Positions 31,355 to 40,087 of a stretch of 64,000 nucleotides of DNA are shown in pieces (the first letter of the stretch is position 1; every line of letters begins with the position of its first letter). Source of the DNA: Rickettsiales bacterium (GTDB taxonomy: Bacteria; Pseudomonadota; Alphaproteobacteria; UBA8366); contig PBOZ01000030.1 of assembly GCA_002724555.1 (NCBI GenBank), positions 7,799-71,798 on the forward strand, given 5' to 3'. Below the pieces are notes generated by a model, which had not been told where the DNA came from, made no database searches, and saw only the letters and a program-made list of their open reading frames with translations. The translations under genes were made by a program, and so were the position numbers.

Positions 31355-31743
31355 GCGCGGAACGCGTCATTCCGGCACCGCCGGAAAATATTGAACACAC
31401 AGAGTTTTGGGCCGCTTGCAACAACGGCAAACTGATGCTGCCCCGATGCAAAGACACGAATCAATTCTTTTGGTACCCACGCAAGACCAGCCCATTCACG
31501 CTCAGCGGCAATGTCGAATGGGTGCAGGCCTCGGGCAAGGGTGAAATATACACCTACTCCGTGATGCGTCGCTCCGACCCGCAATACGTCATCGCCTATG
31601 TGCGCTTGGAGGAAGGGATCACGATGATGACCAATATCGTCCAATGCGATCCCGACACCCTCTCAGTCGGTCAAAAGGTCGAATTGGTTCTGCAGGAATC
31701 GGAAGGCGGCCAAAAAGTTCCAGTCTTCAAGCCTGCAAACTGA
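31351..31743 (+). CDS. DUF35/ChsH2-like OB-fold protein
   Basis: ASGKGEIYTYSV, YVIAYVRLEEG and TNIV motifs; ATGA overlap with the thiolase. Confidence 0.88.
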   Translation: MSAERVIPAPPENIEHTEFWAACNNGKLMLPRCKDTNQFFWYPRKTSPFTLSGNVEWVQASGKGEIYTYSVMRRSDPQYVIAYVRLEEGITMMTNIVQCDPDTLSVGQKVELVLQESEGGQKVPVFKPAN

Positions 31744-31770
31744 TCCGCGGATAAAATCGGAGACCGGCGG

Positions 31771-32187
31771 ATGAAACGCGTGACATATGAAAACCCGGAG
31801 GGCGCAGCACCGGCGCAAGGCCTGTATTCGCATGCGGCGCGCGTCACCGCCGGTGACCTCCTCTTCGTTGCCGGCCAACTCGCCGTGGCGCCCGACGGCG
31901 GCGTTGTTGGCAAGAATGACTTTGCTGCACAGTTCCAATGCGTATTCGACAATCTCGGCGACGTGTTGGAGGGTCTTGGTGCGGGATGGACAGATGTTGC
32001 GAAATTTACAACCTACATGGTGCATTCGCAAGATTTGGAAGAGTTCATGAGCTTAAGGGAAGAATTGTTTCCCAAATTGTTTGGCGGCACTATTTTCCCA
32101 CCAAATACACTTCTGATGGTCGACCGGCTGGTCAAAGAAGAGTTCCTTTTTGAAGTCGAAGCGATCGTCGCCGTACCAGGTGCATAA
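31771..32187 (+). CDS. RidA/YjgF family protein
   Basis: YSHA, LFVAGQ, PPNTL and FEVEAI motifs. Confidence 0.85.
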   Translation: MKRVTYENPEGAAPAQGLYSHAARVTAGDLLFVAGQLAVAPDGGVVGKNDFAAQFQCVFDNLGDVLEGLGAGWTDVAKFTTYMVHSQDLEEFMSLREELFPKLFGGTIFPPNTLLMVDRLVKEEFLFEVEAIVAVPGA

Positions 32188-32190
32188 TAC

Positions 32191-32664
32191 GTGATCAGCG
32201 GACTCAAAAAACTACTGTTTGGCAACGATGACGATGCAGAAGCGGTCGCACCAGGAGCCCATGCGGATCCAGCATTGCATCATGCCGCAGCAGGCCTCTT
32301 AGTCGAGGCAGCACTGCTGGACGGCGACTATCACGATGAGGAAAAACAGCGTATCGAAATCCTTCTGCGCGAGCGTTTCGAGCTTGAACAATCGGCAACC
32401 AGCAAGTTGATGGCAGCGGCTGAAGAGGCTGCAGCGGATCGCGTCGAGCTGCATACAATTACAAAGACCGTGCGCAATCACTTTTCCGAAGAAGAACGTG
32501 TAAAGATGATCGAGATGCTATGGGAAGTCGTCTATGCGGATGGGGGTTTAGACGATTTCGAAGCCAATATGATGCGTTCTGTTACTGGCCTTCTATATGT
32601 AAGTGACCGTGAAAGTGGCGACGCCCGCAAACGCGTCTTGGCGCGCCGACCTCCGTCAGCGTAA
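32191..32664 (+). CDS. TerB family tellurite-resistance-like protein
   Basis: EAALLDG and LWEVVYADG.LDDFE motifs. Confidence 0.85.
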   Translation: MISGLKKLLFGNDDDAEAVAPGAHADPALHHAAAGLLVEAALLDGDYHDEEKQRIEILLRERFELEQSATSKLMAAAEEAAADRVELHTITKTVRNHFSEEERVKMIEMLWEVVYADGGLDDFEANMMRSVTGLLYVSDRESGDARKRVLARRPPSA

Positions 32665-32675
32665 CGGCCACCACA

Positions 32676-33650
32676 ATGCGTTTCATTATTTACGGCGCAG
32701 GTGGGGTCGGCGGCACAATTGGCGCAGAGCTCTTCATGTCAGGTGAAGATACTGTTTTGATTGCGCGCGGTGCCCATCTCCGGGCCATCCAACAGAATGG
32801 TCTTCGCTATATGACGCCGTACCGCGAGGAAACACTGCAAATCCGCTCGGTTGGCCACCCGGACCAGATTGAGTTTCTAAAAGATGACATCATTATCCTT
32901 ACTGTAAAATCGCAACATACACTCGGAGCCTTGGAAGACTTACGGGCGGTCGCCGGCGACAGTATTCCTATCATTTGCTGCCAAAATGGTGTTGCAAATG
33001 AAGCCATGGCGTTACGCCGCTTTAATCGTGTCTACGCAATGGCGGTCTATTTGCCGGGCGAGTTACTGGTCCCCGGTGAAGTGCGGTGTCATTCGATTAA
33101 AAAGATCGGTATTCTCGATGCAGGTGTCTACCCGCATGGCACTGACGACCTGATCACTGAGGTCGCCGCTCGATTGGAAAAAGCGAATATCGTCAGCGTT
33201 CCCACGGCTAATACGATGGCTTGGAAATACGCCAAGCTTGTAATCAATACAGGCAACTCGCTCGGTGCCGCATTCCCAAAAGGAACAGATACCAAAGCGC
33301 TGCGTGAACGTCTAAACGCAGAAGCCTTCGCCACCTTCGACGCCGCCGGTATCGAGTATAAAACTTTGGAAGATATGCGCGAACGTCGCAAAGGCCTTAT
33401 GGAGACTGGCAAAATTGATGGGGTTGGACGTGCTGGCGGCTCGACGTACCAATCCATCGCCAATGGTAAAGCTGATATCGAGACTGATTACTTGAATGGC
33501 GAGATCGTCAAACTTGGCCGTCTTCACGGCGTCCACACACCGGCTAATGCGGCGATGCAGAAGCTGATGACGCGGATGATCCACGAACGCATGGAAGCGC
33601 GCCGGTTCAGCCTAGAAGATATCGACGCATTGATTTCAGCCGAAGGATAG
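32676..33650 (+). CDS. Ketopantoate reductase family protein
   Basis: YGAGGVG, TVKS, QNG, KYAKL, GGSTYQS and ETDYLNGEI motifs. Confidence 0.88.
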   Translation: MRFIIYGAGGVGGTIGAELFMSGEDTVLIARGAHLRAIQQNGLRYMTPYREETLQIRSVGHPDQIEFLKDDIIILTVKSQHTLGALEDLRAVAGDSIPIICCQNGVANEAMALRRFNRVYAMAVYLPGELLVPGEVRCHSIKKIGILDAGVYPHGTDDLITEVAARLEKANIVSVPTANTMAWKYAKLVINTGNSLGAAFPKGTDTKALRERLNAEAFATFDAAGIEYKTLEDMRERRKGLMETGKIDGVGRAGGSTYQSIANGKADIETDYLNGEIVKLGRLHGVHTPANAAMQKLMTRMIHERMEARRFSLEDIDALISAEG

Positions 33651-33735
33651 ATTTTCGATCAAATTATTATAAACTCGTTACAATTTATTTTGCCGAGAGA
33701 CCGACACGACAAACACAGTGACGAAGGGAAGTTTC

Positions 33736-34761
33736 ATGCAAATTGACAGCATGATGTGGGATATCGGACTTCAAGACGCTGCCAGCTACGGGCAGATGTG
33801 CGAGCGGATCGGTTATGACTGCGTCTGGACCTACGAGGCGGCTCACAACCCATTTATGCCCCTGGCGCAGGTCGCAGCGGCCACAAAGAACATCCATATA
33901 GGCACCAATATCGCCGTAGCCTTCGCCCGCAGCCCCTATGCGATGGCTCAAGCCGCCTGGGATCTGGCCGATGTGAGTAACGGCCGCTTTCACCTCGGCG
34001 TCGGCAGCCAGGTGCGAGCCCATGTAGAACGTCGGTTCTCCGCCGAATTCGATCGTCCCGCCGCGCGTCTCACCGACTACATTAAATGCGTGAAAGCCAT
34101 CTGGGACAGTTTTCAGAATGGTACTAAGCCGAACTATCAAGGCGAGTTTTACCGCTACGTCCTAAACAATCCGATGTTTAACCCAGGTCCAATCGACCAT
34201 CCAAACATCCCAGTCTATGTTGCCGGTGTTAATCCGCGTATGTGCCAAGTCGCCGGTGAAGCCGCGGACGGCATGCATGTCCATCCGATGCATTCAGTCT
34301 CATACCTCCGTGACGTCGTTCGCCCTGCTGTGGAGAAAGGCGCTAAGCTAAGCGGTCGTAACATACAGGATATCGCTTTTTTTGCGCCAGTCTTCGTTAT
34401 TACCGGCGAGAACGAGGCGGAAAGAGCGGAAGCCGAAAAGAATATTCGTTATCAGATCGGCTTCTACGGATCGACCCCGAATTACCGTGCCCTATTAGAG
34501 CATCATGGCTACGACACGCTCGGCAAGGAACTAAGCGCAGCCACCCGCGCAGGTGAATTTGACAAGCTGCCCGGCCTCGTACCGGACGAACTTCTTCAGG
34601 CTTGCTCTGTCACTGGTGAGCCAACGGAGATCGCCCCAATCCTTCGCAAACGCTACGAGGGTGACCTGATGCAGCGCGCGTCATTGTACTTCTCGATGGG
34701 GAAGGATGCGCCCGAAGGTAAATGGCGTGAATTCATACAGGCCTTCAAATTGGCGGTATAA
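33736..34761 (+). CDS. LLM-class oxidoreductase, TIGR03617-like (probable F420-dependent)
   Basis: EAAHNPF, IAVAFARSP, LGVGSQVRAHVERRF and FYGSTPNY motifs. Confidence 0.85.
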   Translation: MQIDSMMWDIGLQDAASYGQMCERIGYDCVWTYEAAHNPFMPLAQVAAATKNIHIGTNIAVAFARSPYAMAQAAWDLADVSNGRFHLGVGSQVRAHVERRFSAEFDRPAARLTDYIKCVKAIWDSFQNGTKPNYQGEFYRYVLNNPMFNPGPIDHPNIPVYVAGVNPRMCQVAGEAADGMHVHPMHSVSYLRDVVRPAVEKGAKLSGRNIQDIAFFAPVFVITGENEAERAEAEKNIRYQIGFYGSTPNYRALLEHHGYDTLGKELSAATRAGEFDKLPGLVPDELLQACSVTGEPTEIAPILRKRYEGDLMQRASLYFSMGKDAPEGKWREFIQAFKLAV

Positions 34762-35037
34762 ACGCCCTACCCTACCGTGGATTTGTTCCAGTTATTTAGA
34801 CGGAGCCAGGCTACCACCGTAACAGCCGCCGGTGAGGTGCGAACTGGGCCCAGCCAATGCCGTCACAAGAACGACGTTTTTCTTTTTTAGCCGGCAGCCA
34901 TTGCGCCCCAGTGCGATGCCGTCTTCGATCATTAAGTTAGACGGTCAATCTGATTGTTGATTACCACCCAGCATGGTCGGAACGGTCCCGCGACACAACT
35001 TAATATAGACAGTTGGTGTGCTACTTACCGCGAATAG

Positions 35038-36054
35038 ATGGACCCCAGTGACCACAGTGTTCAAATGAAATTTGGCTTGTTTATATCGACGCAATTCAAC
35101 GCAGACCAGAATTTAGGCGGCGCGATAAAGTTTATGACCGAAGAAGCCCAAATGGCTGCCGATTGCGGCTTTGAATCAATCTGGTGTCCACACCACTACG
35201 TCACCGACCCAATTCGGATGTTCCAACCACACGAAACCCTGGCGCGCCTCTCAGCCAGCGTTCCAAATCTAAGGATTGGGACCGGGATCCTGCTTCTATC
35301 AATGATGAATCCAGTCCAAGTTGCGGAGCAGGCAGCAACGCTCGATTGGATGACGGACGGTGGTTATGTATTAGCCGCCGGTTTGGGCTACCGCCAGGAA
35401 GAATTTCAATCTATGGGCGTAAATCCGAAACATCGCCTAAGCCGCTTTGTTGAGGCCATCGAAGTAATTCGCCGCCTCTGGACAGAGGAACGCGTCACCC
35501 ACCATGGTCAGCATTTCCACTTGGATCAGATAGGCCTTTCCGCCCGCCCAAAAAAACCAGAGGGCTGTCCTATCTGGATCGGCGGGGCTGTCCCGCCTGC
35601 AGTGGAACGCGCGGCAAATCTTGGGGATGCCTGGCTAGCTAGTTTTACAACCGAACCCAATACCATGCGGGCCCTCTTTGAGATCTATCGCAAAGCTCTT
35701 CCGAAGAGTAAAACTCCAGAAATGCCAATGTGCCGGGAATGCTTCCTCGGCGATAGCGAAGCCGATGCACTTGATAAATGCGCAGAGACCTTGATAGAAA
35801 AATACGCAGCCTACGCTTCATGGAACAACCAACATGTCGCCAATGAACGACCGTTTGCAGAACGATTTGACGAGTATCGACGTAACCGGTTCTTGATTGG
35901 TGACGCCGCCCAGTTAACGGACGAGGTCGCCCGTTACCGCGATGAACTTGGCGTAACAACTCTAATGTTACGTATGAATTGGCCAGGAACTAATTTCGCG
36001 GATTCGCTCTCAAGCATCCGCCGTTTCGAGACCGTAATTAAGCAGTTCGCATAA
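35038..36054 (+). CDS. LLM-class flavin-dependent oxidoreductase (start may be 35065)
   Basis: MKFGLF, AEQAATLD, GLGYR and PIWIGG motifs. Confidence 0.88.
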   Translation: MDPSDHSVQMKFGLFISTQFNADQNLGGAIKFMTEEAQMAADCGFESIWCPHHYVTDPIRMFQPHETLARLSASVPNLRIGTGILLLSMMNPVQVAEQAATLDWMTDGGYVLAAGLGYRQEEFQSMGVNPKHRLSRFVEAIEVIRRLWTEERVTHHGQHFHLDQIGLSARPKKPEGCPIWIGGAVPPAVERAANLGDAWLASFTTEPNTMRALFEIYRKALPKSKTPEMPMCRECFLGDSEADALDKCAETLIEKYAAYASWNNQHVANERPFAERFDEYRRNRFLIGDAAQLTDEVARYRDELGVTTLMLRMNWPGTNFADSLSSIRRFETVIKQFA

Positions 36055-36135
36055 CAGAAACGGACTTTAAAAATGCTTGTTATTCCACCCGAAGAAACTC
36101 ATTACCCACCTCAAGCTGATGGAAGGATTAAGGTC

Positions 36136-37149
36136 ATGTCCCAACACGACAAATGGCTCGCACAAGTACAAGAAGAGACGCTGGAGCCGACCCTGCCAAT
36201 CATCGATCCACATCACCACCTTTGGCATTTTAAACATCCGGATGGCGAGCACCGTTATCTCTTGGAGGACCTCCTGGAGGACACGAGTTCCGGACACAAC
36301 ATTTTAGCAACAGTATTTATTGAGTGTTCGGCCATGTGGCGCGCAGATGGACCAGAAGAAATGAAGGTCGTCGGGGAAACCGAGTTTGTGAACGGTATCG
36401 CCGCCATGAGCGCTTCCGGCACATATGGCGACACTCGTGTAGCAGCCGGCATAGTCGGCACTGCTAACTTAAATGTCGGAACGCGCATCAGCGAGGTGTT
36501 GGACGAACACATGAAGATCGGTGGTGATCGGTTTCGCGGCATCCGATATCTGTCTTCTGCCGATCCACATCCCGACATCCGAAACGGCTACACCAACCCA
36601 CCACTCGGGATGTTCGGTGAGGCGAAGTTCCGGGAGGGATTTGCCGAGCTTGGCAAGCGCAATATGAGCTTCGAAGGTTGGCTGTTTCACCCACAAATAC
36701 CGGATCTCACCAGTCTAGCGAAAGCCTTCCCCGACACAGTGATCATACTCGATCATTTCGGCGGGCCGCTCGGTATTGGTCCCTATGCAGGCAAACAGGA
36801 CGAAGTTCTGGAAGTTTGGAGGAAGAACATTGCGGAATTGGCGGAGTGCGAAAATGTAGTAGCCAAACTTGGTGGCATAAATATGAAGGTCAATGGATTC
36901 GAATGGCATAAAAAGCCCAAACCGCCGACCAGCAAAGAACTCTGTGAAGCAACTCGCCCCTATTACGAGTACACTATTGAACAGTTCGGTGTGGACCGCT
37001 GCCTGTTTGAGTCGAACTTTCCAGTCGACAAGATCAGCTGCAGCTACAATACACTGTGGAATTCATTCAAGGTATTGACGGCCAACTATTCTGCAGACGA
37101 GAAAGCAAAATTGTATCATGACAATTCCGCCCGGGTGTACCGGCTCTGA
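36136..37149 (+). CDS. Amidohydrolase_2 family protein (lactonase-like)
   Basis: IIDPHHHLW, LDHFGGP and FESNFPVD motifs; GGAAGGA RBS. Confidence 0.88.
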   Translation: MSQHDKWLAQVQEETLEPTLPIIDPHHHLWHFKHPDGEHRYLLEDLLEDTSSGHNILATVFIECSAMWRADGPEEMKVVGETEFVNGIAAMSASGTYGDTRVAAGIVGTANLNVGTRISEVLDEHMKIGGDRFRGIRYLSSADPHPDIRNGYTNPPLGMFGEAKFREGFAELGKRNMSFEGWLFHPQIPDLTSLAKAFPDTVIILDHFGGPLGIGPYAGKQDEVLEVWRKNIAELAECENVVAKLGGINMKVNGFEWHKKPKPPTSKELCEATRPYYEYTIEQFGVDRCLFESNFPVDKISCSYNTLWNSFKVLTANYSADEKAKLYHDNSARVYRL

Positions 37150-37167
37150 GAAGGAAAGGCGAAGACA

Positions 37168-38190
37168 ATGGTTGAAAAGGCAACAAATCAGAAATGGCTC
37201 GACAGTGCAGAAGAAGAAGCGCTAGAGCCGGACCTACCAATCATCGACCCGCACCACCACCTCTGGGATTTTAAGGTTGAACGCGTAAACCCGCGCTATT
37301 TCCTTGAAGAGATGTTGGAAGACACAAATTCAGGCCACAACATCCTTGCCACAGTTTTCATCGAATGTGGCGCGATGTTCCGCGAAGACGGGCCGGATGA
37401 GGAAAAGCCACTTGGCGAGACAGAGTTCGTTAATGGGATCGCAGCGCAGAGCGCCTCCGGCCTTTACGGGCCAACACGTGTCGCTGCCGGAATTGTCGGC
37501 ACAGCACCGCTGCACATCGGCGAGCCGGTAAAAGATATCCTCGAGCAACACATCCAGCTTGGTGGCGGCCGTTTTAAGGGTATCCGCGTAGGTGTCACCT
37601 GGGACGCGAGCCAGGAAGTAGAAAACCATAGAACAGCTCCACAGCCCAACATTCTGATGGGCGAAAAATTCCGTGAGGGCTTTTCGCAGCTCGCGCACTA
37701 CGACCTCAGTTTTGAAGCGTGGTGTTATCACCCCCAAATTCCCGAAGTTACCGATCTGGCCCAGAAATTTCCAAACAACCGAATTATTCTGGACCACTTC
37801 GGCGGTCCCATCGGCATAGGCCCATATGCGTCACGCAAAGACGAAGTATTCGAAGAATGGAAAAAAAGTATCGACCACCTTGCCAAATGCGAAAACGTTT
37901 CGGCAAAGCTTGGCGGTCTGAATATGTTCGTCAATGGATATTTCTGGCAGGACAAGCCCAAACCGCCTAACAGTGAAGAGCTTTGTGAAGCAACACGCCA
38001 CTACTTCGAATATACGATTGAAAAGTTTGGCGTCGAACGCTGCCTATTTGAGTCCAATTTTCCCGTCGATAAGCTGAGTTGCAGCTACGTTGTGTGCTGG
38101 AACTCATTCAAGCGGCTTACCGCAAACTATTCGGCAGGTGAAAAAGCAAAGCTATATCACGACAACGCCAAACGCATTTACAAGCTCTAG
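37168..38190 (+). CDS. Amidohydrolase_2 family protein (tandem paralog)
   Basis: Same motifs as the upstream gene: IIDPHHHLW, LDHFGGP, FESNFPVD. Confidence 0.88.
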   Translation: MVEKATNQKWLDSAEEEALEPDLPIIDPHHHLWDFKVERVNPRYFLEEMLEDTNSGHNILATVFIECGAMFREDGPDEEKPLGETEFVNGIAAQSASGLYGPTRVAAGIVGTAPLHIGEPVKDILEQHIQLGGGRFKGIRVGVTWDASQEVENHRTAPQPNILMGEKFREGFSQLAHYDLSFEAWCYHPQIPEVTDLAQKFPNNRIILDHFGGPIGIGPYASRKDEVFEEWKKSIDHLAKCENVSAKLGGLNMFVNGYFWQDKPKPPNSEELCEATRHYFEYTIEKFGVERCLFESNFPVDKLSCSYVVCWNSFKRLTANYSAGEKAKLYHDNAKRIYKL

Positions 38191-38195
38191 AAGCA

Positions 38196-39251
38196 ATGCG
38201 GGTCGTATATCACATCCCAAACAACGATCTTAGAGTTGCAGCGGAAGCAGCCCGGGCAGCTGAAACAGCTGGTTTTGATGGTATCGTCGCCCTGGAGAAC
38301 GCCCACGGACCCTTCCCACCCCTCTCGGTCGCTGCCATGGCGACAGAACGCATTCAGATTGGAACTGGCGTTGCTATCGCGTTTCCGCGCAGCCCAACCA
38401 TTATGGCCCATGCCGCTTGGGACCTGCACAAGGCAAGTGGCGGACGGTTTTATCTTGGGATCGGCAGTCAGGTGAAAGGTCATAATGAGCGCCGCTACGG
38501 CATTGAGTGGACGCCACCCGCCCCCCGAATGAAAGACTATATTGGCGCGGTGCGGGCGGTGTGGCAGGCCTGGGAGACGGGCGCGCAGATCGATTATCAC
38601 AGCAATCATTACACTCTAACGCTGACAACACCGAATTTCGCACCGCGCCCATCTGAGCTACCGGCAATACCAATCGCCATGTCCGCAGTCGGCCCCGCCA
38701 TGCTACGGGTGGCCGGTGACACAGCAGATGGCGTCCGATTGCACCCATTCAGCACGAAGAAGTACCTAGCCGAAGAAAGCCTGAAACATATTAGTGAGGG
38801 CCTAACGCGCAGCGGTCGTTCACGCCAAGACATCGAAGTCGTGTCCGGCGCCTTTCTCGCTACAGGTAAGGACGAAGAAGCAGTCTCGAAGATGCGGGAG
38901 TATATCCGCTTCCGCATTTCGTTCTACTGTTCGACCCGCTCCTATTGGCACGTGCTTCGCCTTCACAATTTGGAAGAGCTTGGCGAACGGCTTCGACCTT
39001 ATCCAAAGGAGAACCGGTGGGACAAAATGGCAGCGGAAATTTCTGACGATGTGTTGGAGTTATTCGCCACCGTTGGCACTTATGACGAAATCGGCAGTAA
39101 GATCGCGAACCGTTACAAAGGTCTTGCCGACACGTTATCGCTGTTCGTACCGACAGACACCATGCCAGGACCTCTAGGTGAGATTTTACAAGACATACAA
39201 AAAATTCCATCCCAATTTTTGGCTCATAGGTCGAAATGGGGCACTGCGTAG
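38196..39251 (+). CDS. LLM-class oxidoreductase, TIGR03617-like (probable F420-dependent)
   Basis: ENAHGPF, IAFPRSP, LGIGSQVKGHNERRY and FYCSTRSY motifs. Confidence 0.85.
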   Translation: MRVVYHIPNNDLRVAAEAARAAETAGFDGIVALENAHGPFPPLSVAAMATERIQIGTGVAIAFPRSPTIMAHAAWDLHKASGGRFYLGIGSQVKGHNERRYGIEWTPPAPRMKDYIGAVRAVWQAWETGAQIDYHSNHYTLTLTTPNFAPRPSELPAIPIAMSAVGPAMLRVAGDTADGVRLHPFSTKKYLAEESLKHISEGLTRSGRSRQDIEVVSGAFLATGKDEEAVSKMREYIRFRISFYCSTRSYWHVLRLHNLEELGERLRPYPKENRWDKMAAEISDDVLELFATVGTYDEIGSKIANRYKGLADTLSLFVPTDTMPGPLGEILQDIQKIPSQFLAHRSKWGTA

Positions 39252-39289
39252 TTATTTGAGTTCGAACCGGAACCGGGCAACCTCAGACC

Positions 39290-40087
39290 ATGAAACGGCA
39301 ATATAAAAGAGCTCTGATAACGGGTGCCACAAGCGGGATCGGCAAAGCCTTTGCCGATGTAATTCCCACAAGTACCGACCTATTTCTGACCGGGCGCAAT
39401 ACAAATATGCTTCAAGAATTGCAGACCCGCCTGGCAATCAACGGGCGAGCGGTCGAAGTCTTAGAAGCGGATCTCCGTGTAAAGGCTGATCGACGGTTAC
39501 TCATCGACCAAAGTGAAGCCCTTGATATCGATCTGTTCATCAATAATGCCGGACTTGGATATTTTTCGAATTTCACGGAGACGTTGTCCGAAGATGAATC
39601 TGCCATGGTCGACGTCAATGTTGTTGCGGTCCACGAGCTGACCCATGCCCTCCTCCCCGGAATGATCAAACGAGCAAAAGAGAATGGGCAGCGAGCGGGG
39701 CTAATTGTCGTTTCCAGCGTCGTCGGCCATTTGCCAATGCCCTATTTCGCAACCTACGCCGCGACAAAAGCCTTCGATTTGGCTTTTGCGGAAGGTCTAG
39801 CGGAAGAGTTGTCCCAAGAGCCGATAGATATTCTCGCTCTATGTCCGGGCGCTACAGCGACTGACTTCCAAGCTCGGGCCGGCGCGCCCAATGACATGTT
39901 TGACCGCGCTGAATCGTCAATCTCGGTTGCGCGAAAAGGGATGCGGGCGCTCGGTCGTCGACGCGTTCTCATCTCACAGATCCCAATGCGGTTCGGTTTA
40001 TTTTATAACACCGCAATACACCGTATAGCCTCCACCGGAGCGAATGCCTATTTCAAGCGATTAATGCGCCACGGCTCTAAACAATGA
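39290..40087 (+). CDS. Short-chain dehydrogenase/reductase
   Basis: TGATSGIG, NNAG and YAATK motifs. Confidence 0.9.
   Translation: MKRQYKRALITGATSGIGKAFADVIPTSTDLFLTGRNTNMLQELQTRLAINGRAVEVLEADLRVKADRRLLIDQSEALDIDLFINNAGLGYFSNFTETLSEDESAMVDVNVVAVHELTHALLPGMIKRAKENGQRAGLIVVSSVVGHLPMPYFATYAATKAFDLAFAEGLAEELSQEPIDILALCPGATATDFQARAGAPNDMFDRAESSISVARKGMRALGRRRVLISQIPMRFGLFYNTAIHRIASTGANAYFKRLMRHGSKQ

Noticed and set aside
8081-32664. A single metalloid (Se/As/Te) island linking the selenoprotein, gap-arsJ and TerB
   Set aside because: The genes are 8-13 kb apart in unrelated transcription units, and the TerB-like protein is a common alphaproteobacterial gene.
34790-34932. Short minus-strand ORF MIEDGIALGRNG... 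between LLM genes
   Set aside because: No family resemblance, and it is antisense to the surrounding gene run.
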